Of a DNA stretch of 32,000 bases, positions 25,845 through 32,000 are shown one piece after another; within the stretch, counting starts at the first letter, position 1, and each line of letters starts with the position of its first letter. The translations under genes were made by a program, and so were the position numbers. Where the stretch lies: assembly GCA_049606355.1 (NCBI GenBank), contig JBMYVL010000008.1, positions 60,001-92,000 on the forward strand. Reading direction: 5' to 3'. The notes beneath the pieces were generated by a model, which was given only the letters and a program-made list of their open reading frames with translations, was not told where the DNA came from and did no database searches. Source of the stretch: Opitutales bacterium (lineage in GTDB: Bacteria; Verrucomicrobiota; Verrucomicrobiia; Opitutales; Coraliomargaritaceae).

Positions 25845-26630
25845 TTACAGGATTATACTACTGAATGGGCCGAGCAGGAGCACGCAGTCAGCTAGGATGC
25901 GAAAATTCTCGCCGTGAATATATTTTTGTCCGAGGCGGAGCAGCATGAGGCAGGCCCATGGAAGCAGGATAACTGGGCTGATCGTGAGCCCAACCAGCCC
26001 GGTGCAGAGATAGACTCCAGTCGATAGGTGCGGAAGAGTGCTCAATGAGCGGATTCTCAAGGCGTGATCGACGGCATATTCTTTGCGAGCAATGAGGAGG
26101 CAGTTGCAAGTGCACAAACAGGCCAAGGCCAAGCCATCCTGCCAGAGCCCTATCGGAGGATTTTCAATGAAGATAATTGTGCCGCCGACGAAAATAAGGG
26201 CGACACACAGCTCTTTGGGGAAGAAGCGCTCCGCCCAGTGCTGATTGCTAAATGTATAGAGCAGGCAAAGTATCAAAAGGCCAACGCCATTGCGTAATTG
26301 AGTTACGCTGAGCAGGCAAAGTGCACTGCTAATTGCTACGATTAAGATGCCCCACCAAATCTGCCATAGCCGATGCGATTGATGCTGCGCGAAGCGGTGC
26401 CGAAAAGAAAGGAGGTCCTCAGGCGCACGATGCCGCACATCCAGCAGGCGATCCGCCATGTAAGTAAGCCATACCGAAAGCGCTAACACCACGATAGCAC
26501 CGAGGCCGATGCCAGTGCCGGCGAAATGCTGCTGCCAGCAGACTGCAATGAGGGCGGCATCAATGCCTAAGATATTCGGCCAGTGCCAGATGCGTCGAGT
26601 TGTTCGGTTGTTTGGGGCGCGTTGATTCAC
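25845..26630 (-). CDS. Hypothetical integral membrane protein (about 7-8 TM; weak UbiA-like DxxxD motif)
   Basis: 261 aa with a GTG start and strongly hydrophobic helices throughout. The single YMADRLLD motif is reminiscent of prenyltransferases, but I saw no second Asp-rich motif. Confidence 0.4.
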   Translation of the reverse strand: MNQRAPNNRTTRRIWHWPNILGIDAALIAVCWQQHFAGTGIGLGAIVVLALSVWLTYMADRLLDVRHRAPEDLLSFRHRFAQHQSHRLWQIWWGILIVAISSALCLLSVTQLRNGVGLLILCLLYTFSNQHWAERFFPKELCVALIFVGGTIIFIENPPIGLWQDGLALACLCTCNCLLIARKEYAVDHALRIRSLSTLPHLSTGVYLCTGLVGLTISPVILLPWACLMLLRLGQKYIHGENFRILADCVLLLGPFSSIIL

Positions 26631-26833
26631 CTGGGTTCAGTGGAGTGGAATACGATCCGTAAGGTAAATGGAAGTGGGCGAATCGATGCAGACGGACCTA
26701 TCGGAGCGAACGTTGCATCGAGTTGAGGTATCGGGTGCAAGCGCTGTTGGAATCGTTAACATGATTGGACGCGCGCAATATCCCAACCGTGGCTGGGTAA
26801 ACAGCAAGGATAGCTGTGCAGCTCAAGCGCTGT

Positions 26834-26863
26834 TTACAAAACACCGACCCCTTTGTCGGATGT
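26834..26863 (-). terminator. Likely terminator of tRNA-Ser
   Basis: On the minus strand, downstream of the tRNA 3' end, the sequence reads ACATCCGAC-aaaggg-GTCGGTGT followed by TTTTG. The stem is imperfect, with a 5-bp GC core and flanking pairs. Confidence 0.45.
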
Positions 26864-26884
26864 GACTCAGGCCGGATCCGTTCA

Positions 26885-26983
<99 letters not shown>

Positions 26984-27183
26984 TGGTTTGTTAAAAGGGC
27001 TCTAGACTCAGGTTCAACCTTATTCTTAAAAATTGTGAGTGGGGCTCGGTGAGTCACCATGCGGGCGCAACGAAATCGATGAATTCTAGTCGTTGTTTGG
27101 ATGTGCGGTTAAATAGTATCTGTTGACGCGCTTTTTGGGGCTTTCTGCTGGACGGAGGAGCACCCTCACTTAAACATACGCTT

Positions 27184-27969
27184 ATGTCTGCGACGGTATT
27201 TACAATTGCGAATCAAAAGGGCGGCGTCGGTAAGACGACCACGGCAATCAACACCAGTTATGCCCTTGCTGCGCGAGGGGTGCGTACGGTGTTAGTAGAC
27301 CTTGACCCGCAGGCCAATGCTACCAGTGGTCTCGGCTTGGAGAAAGTGCAGGGGAGTAGCCTCTATGGTCCGCTCTGTGGAGAAGGGCGCTCGCTGGATA
27401 AAATTCAACCGGTGGCTGCGAGCGATTGTCTTTTTATGATCCCATCCGAAGTGGATATGGCGGCAATTGAGATCGAATTGGTGCAGCGGGAGAATTATCT
27501 GGTGCAGTTGCGTGAATGCCTCGCACCGATCCGCGAGTCCGGCGATTATGATGCGATTATCTTGGATTGCCCGCCTGCGCTGGGGATGCTGTCGATGAAT
27601 AGTCTGGCGGCAGCGGATTATCTCTTGATCGCATTGCAGTGTGAGTACCTAGCGATGGAGGGGCTTGGCCAAATTCTCAATGTTTTGGAGAAGCTACGTG
27701 AAGCGGGTGTGAACCAAGGGCTCGAGCTCGGAGGTATTTTGATGACGATGTTTGATCAGCGTACTAACTTGGCGCATCAAGTGGTAGGTGAAGTGCGTAA
27801 TCACTTCGATGAGTTGGTTTTTCGTACGATGATCCCGCGCTCGATTCGGATCAGTGAAGCGCCAAGCTTTGGTCAGTCGATTTTTGAATACGATCCCGAT
27901 GGGGCTGGTGCGAATGCCTATCGTTATTTTGCCGACGAAATCATCGATCGGTTTCAGCTCGCGCACTAG
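27184..27969 (+). CDS. parA: ParA/Soj-family partitioning ATPase
   Basis: 261 aa. It has the deviant Walker A NQKGGVGKTTTAIN, the segment LVDLDPQANATSGLG, Walker B AIILDCPP and the tail MIPRSIRISEAPSFGQSIFEYDP. Confidence 0.88.
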   Translation: MSATVFTIANQKGGVGKTTTAINTSYALAARGVRTVLVDLDPQANATSGLGLEKVQGSSLYGPLCGEGRSLDKIQPVAASDCLFMIPSEVDMAAIEIELVQRENYLVQLRECLAPIRESGDYDAIILDCPPALGMLSMNSLAAADYLLIALQCEYLAMEGLGQILNVLEKLREAGVNQGLELGGILMTMFDQRTNLAHQVVGEVRNHFDELVFRTMIPRSIRISEAPSFGQSIFEYDPDGAGANAYRYFADEIIDRFQLAH

Positions 27970-27996
27970 CGCCTTGGGTGGTGATCGCCACAACCC

Positions 27997-28902
27997 ATGT
28001 CGATTCCTGAATTAGAAGCCTTTTGCGCGCATCTCGCGTTGGAGCGGCGTATGTCGCCCAATACCGTGCGCAACTACCGCCAAGCAGTGGAGCGTTTCAT
28101 CGTTTGGTTGCAGTCGAATCATACCGGCGCGAATTCCTTTCTGGCTGTAGAGGCCATCGATGTGCGTTCCTATTTAGTCGACCAGGGGCGGCGCATCGCA
28201 CGTCGCACCTTGCACAATCATGTGTCCGGCTTACGTGCCTTTTATTATTATCTGCGTCGGCAAGGCGCAGTGGACGCAAATCCATTTACGGGCGTGAGTT
28301 TACCAAAACTCGATAAGCCTTTGCCCAAGTTTTTGACGGAGGCGCAGATGCGTTTGCTATTGGAGGCACCAGCAAAACTGTGGCAGCAGGATCAAGTGAG
28401 CGAGTTTGAGGCCCTTCGCGATAGCGTTATGCTAGAATTGTTGTACGGCGGTGGCTTACGTGTGAGTGAACTCTGCGGCTTGAATTTCAGTCAAATGGAT
28501 ATGGATCAAGCGATCGCTCGCGTTATAGGGAAGGGCGGCAAAGAGCGTATCTGCCCCGTAGGCCCCATCGCAGTTCAGTGCTTACGAACCTATATACAGC
28601 GTTTTGAGATCTGTCAGTCACCTGCGGCACCGGTGCTTGCCCAGCGTACTGGACGTCGCATGGAGCCGCGCCAAGTACAAAAGCGCTTAAAGTTACATTT
28701 GGCAGCTGCAGGGCTGCCGTTGGACATGACACCTCATAAATTACGCCATTCATTTGCGACGCATCTACTCGACAATGGGGCGGATCTACGCGCCGTTCAG
28801 GAGCTGCTGGGTCATGCCAATCTGTCGACCACTCAGATTTATACGCACGTTTCAGTCGCACGCCTCAAAGAAGCGCACCGACAGGCGCACCCTCGTGCTT
28901 AG
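27997..28902 (+). CDS. xerC: Tyrosine recombinase XerC/XerD type
   Basis: 301 aa. The N-terminal SAM-like domain shows FCAHLALERRMSPNTVRNYRQAVERF. The catalytic residues are in LYGGGLRVSEL, HKLRHSFATHLL and LLGHANLSTTQIYTHV. Confidence 0.85.
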   Translation: MSIPELEAFCAHLALERRMSPNTVRNYRQAVERFIVWLQSNHTGANSFLAVEAIDVRSYLVDQGRRIARRTLHNHVSGLRAFYYYLRRQGAVDANPFTGVSLPKLDKPLPKFLTEAQMRLLLEAPAKLWQQDQVSEFEALRDSVMLELLYGGGLRVSELCGLNFSQMDMDQAIARVIGKGGKERICPVGPIAVQCLRTYIQRFEICQSPAAPVLAQRTGRRMEPRQVQKRLKLHLAAAGLPLDMTPHKLRHSFATHLLDNGADLRAVQELLGHANLSTTQIYTHVSVARLKEAHRQAHPRA

Positions 28903-28906
28903 TGAA

Positions 28907-30780
<1,874 letters not shown>

Positions 30781-30784
<4 letters not shown>

Positions 30785-31956
30785 TGAACTGTTCTGGTTG
30801 TTAAGAATCGATGGAAGTGCAGCCCGAATTGATAGCACATCCCAAAGCCCATCATGAGCACGCTGAAGTAAGGTAACAGCCAGCCGGGGTTACGTACAAC
30901 TTGCAGTACGGTTGCGGTTTCATCCGGAGAGAAAGAGGCCTGATAGAAAGTAAGCCCTTCGTAGCGCAATGGATGGTTCATGTAGATGAGCGCTTGCTGG
31001 TTTTTGCTGGAATCCGAATGGTGTGCAATCACCTTACTTGAGTAGTTAAAGGGAATCTCCGTTCCGGGATACTTGTCGTGAGCGAAGTCGATCAGTTCGA
31101 TTTCGAATGGGTAGTAATGACGTTTGTAGCGTAAGGCGATCTGCCAATCGTTACCTGCTGCTTGAAAGCGCTGTGGCGGGAAGCGATCGTCAATCACATT
31201 AGAGACCAGCCACGTGCCTAAGAGTTCGTCCGCATGCTGCAGTTCAACATAGGCGGTGCTCGTATTGATGGCCTTCTCGGAGTAGTCGATCGGTTGCGGG
31301 GTAGCGATGATATTCATCTTTGCACCAGCACCATGGGTGGCCATGGGCTGCACCTTTTGCTCCGACCCTCTGCCGAGTACTGCGTTTGGGTAAAACGCCA
31401 CAACCCTTATCTGTAATGCGCTCCCTGGGATCGCAATCTGCGCGCCCGGTTGCAGTTGCGATTCAGAGATGCTGTGCACGATATCCTGGTTCGGATCACT
31501 GCGATCAATTAGCACCAGTTCATTTTCGCGCACGGTTTGCGAGTAGTTGCTGCGCGTGCCTTCGCTTATGGTCATCTGACTTTCGATCGAGAGTAAATCA
31601 GTCAATAGTTCACTGATCAGCAGAAGGATCAGGCCGGAGTGAATCGCATAAATACCAAGTTTAGCGGCCTTGAACTTGAAGCGGGTGATAAAGGCAGCAG
31701 TTAAGTTGAGAAGAAGTAGCCCACCAATCGTGTATCCACCTAACATTGGTATGCGAAGCCAATTCAGGCTGGGGTAGCCGGGCCAAGTTTGTGGATAGTT
31801 CCACAGCACGAGAAAGCTTTCAAAATAGAGTTTCTGCGTGTGCCAAATTCCATATTCGACCTGATCGAGGGTGCCAAAAAAAATGAGCAGCATCGATAGT
31901 GATAGCAGCACGACTGTAAGTCGCAAAGATGCGCATCGTTTCAGCCAAGCGTGCAT
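30781..31956 (-). CDS. resB: Cytochrome c biogenesis protein ResB/Ccs1 (CcsB)
   Basis: About 391 aa. It has the N-terminal TM LRLTVVLLSLSMLLIFFGTLDQ, a large periplasmic domain and a C-terminal TM, as in the ResB family. It lies immediately upstream of ccsA. The ATG is at 31956, and a GTG lies one codon upstream. Confidence 0.8.
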
Positions 31957-32000
31957 CACTTAATGGTGTGCGTCCTCAATCTGAATCGAGTTGAGGAACG

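Noticed and set aside
26631-26884. 65-aa ORF (26668-26865) or a small ncRNA (for example SRP RNA) in the 254-nt gap next to tRNA-Ser
   Set aside because: The ORF has no start context or motif and would run through the tRNA terminator hairpin. I found no conserved SRP, 6S or tmRNA sequence blocks on either strand.
27102-27129. Possible dif-like Xer site (TGTGCGGTTAA-ATAGTA-TCTGTTGACGC) upstream of parA-xerC
   Set aside because: Only the left arm weakly resembles the E. coli dif XerC arm (about 8/11). The right arm is not an inverted repeat of it, so the similarity is at chance level.
31957-32000. 3' end of another minus-strand gene upstream of resB at the window edge
   Set aside because: Two minus-strand frames are open to the edge, one ending TGA at 31956-31958 and the other TAA at 31960-31962. 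About 13 codons are too few to choose a frame or name a product.

Overview
This window looks like core chromosome. It holds about 30 intact genes on both strands plus one tRNA. GC is roughly 50-55% by eye. The protein set looks Verrucomicrobiota/PVC-like, but that is inference only.

Recognisable content, in order:
- the end of the nuo operon (nuoM-nuoN)
- metY, preceded by a DUF192 gene and a TMTC-like TPR membrane gene
- an M24 peptidase and argS
- a thymidine-phosphorylase-family gene, efp, an LMW phosphatase and dus
- a tiny Cys-rich exported protein and an SSS symporter
- a CheY / 66-aa ORF / PilB-GspE-like ATPase operon
- a bcp / OmpR-type regulator operon
- hisG, aguB-aguA, leuA with a dapF-like gene, and coaC
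- a LolA-like exported protein and a membrane protein
- tRNA-Ser(GCU), parA-xerC, and system II cytochrome c biogenesis (resB-ccsA)

I see no CRISPR array, transposase, phage genes or recognisable defence genes, so I cannot point to an obvious novel multi-gene island.

The observations most worth a second look are:
1. A DapF homolog, co-transcribed with leuA, in which both catalytic cysteines are serines.
2. An 80-aa signal-peptide protein with 10 Cys in CxxxC spacing.
3. A tightly coupled CheY / microprotein / orphan PilB-like ATPase module with no other pilus or secretion genes nearby.
4. A thymidine-phosphorylase-family protein that lacks the phosphate-binding glycine loop.
5. An Arg32-type EF-P.

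All functional calls rest on motif recognition by eye; no database search was run.
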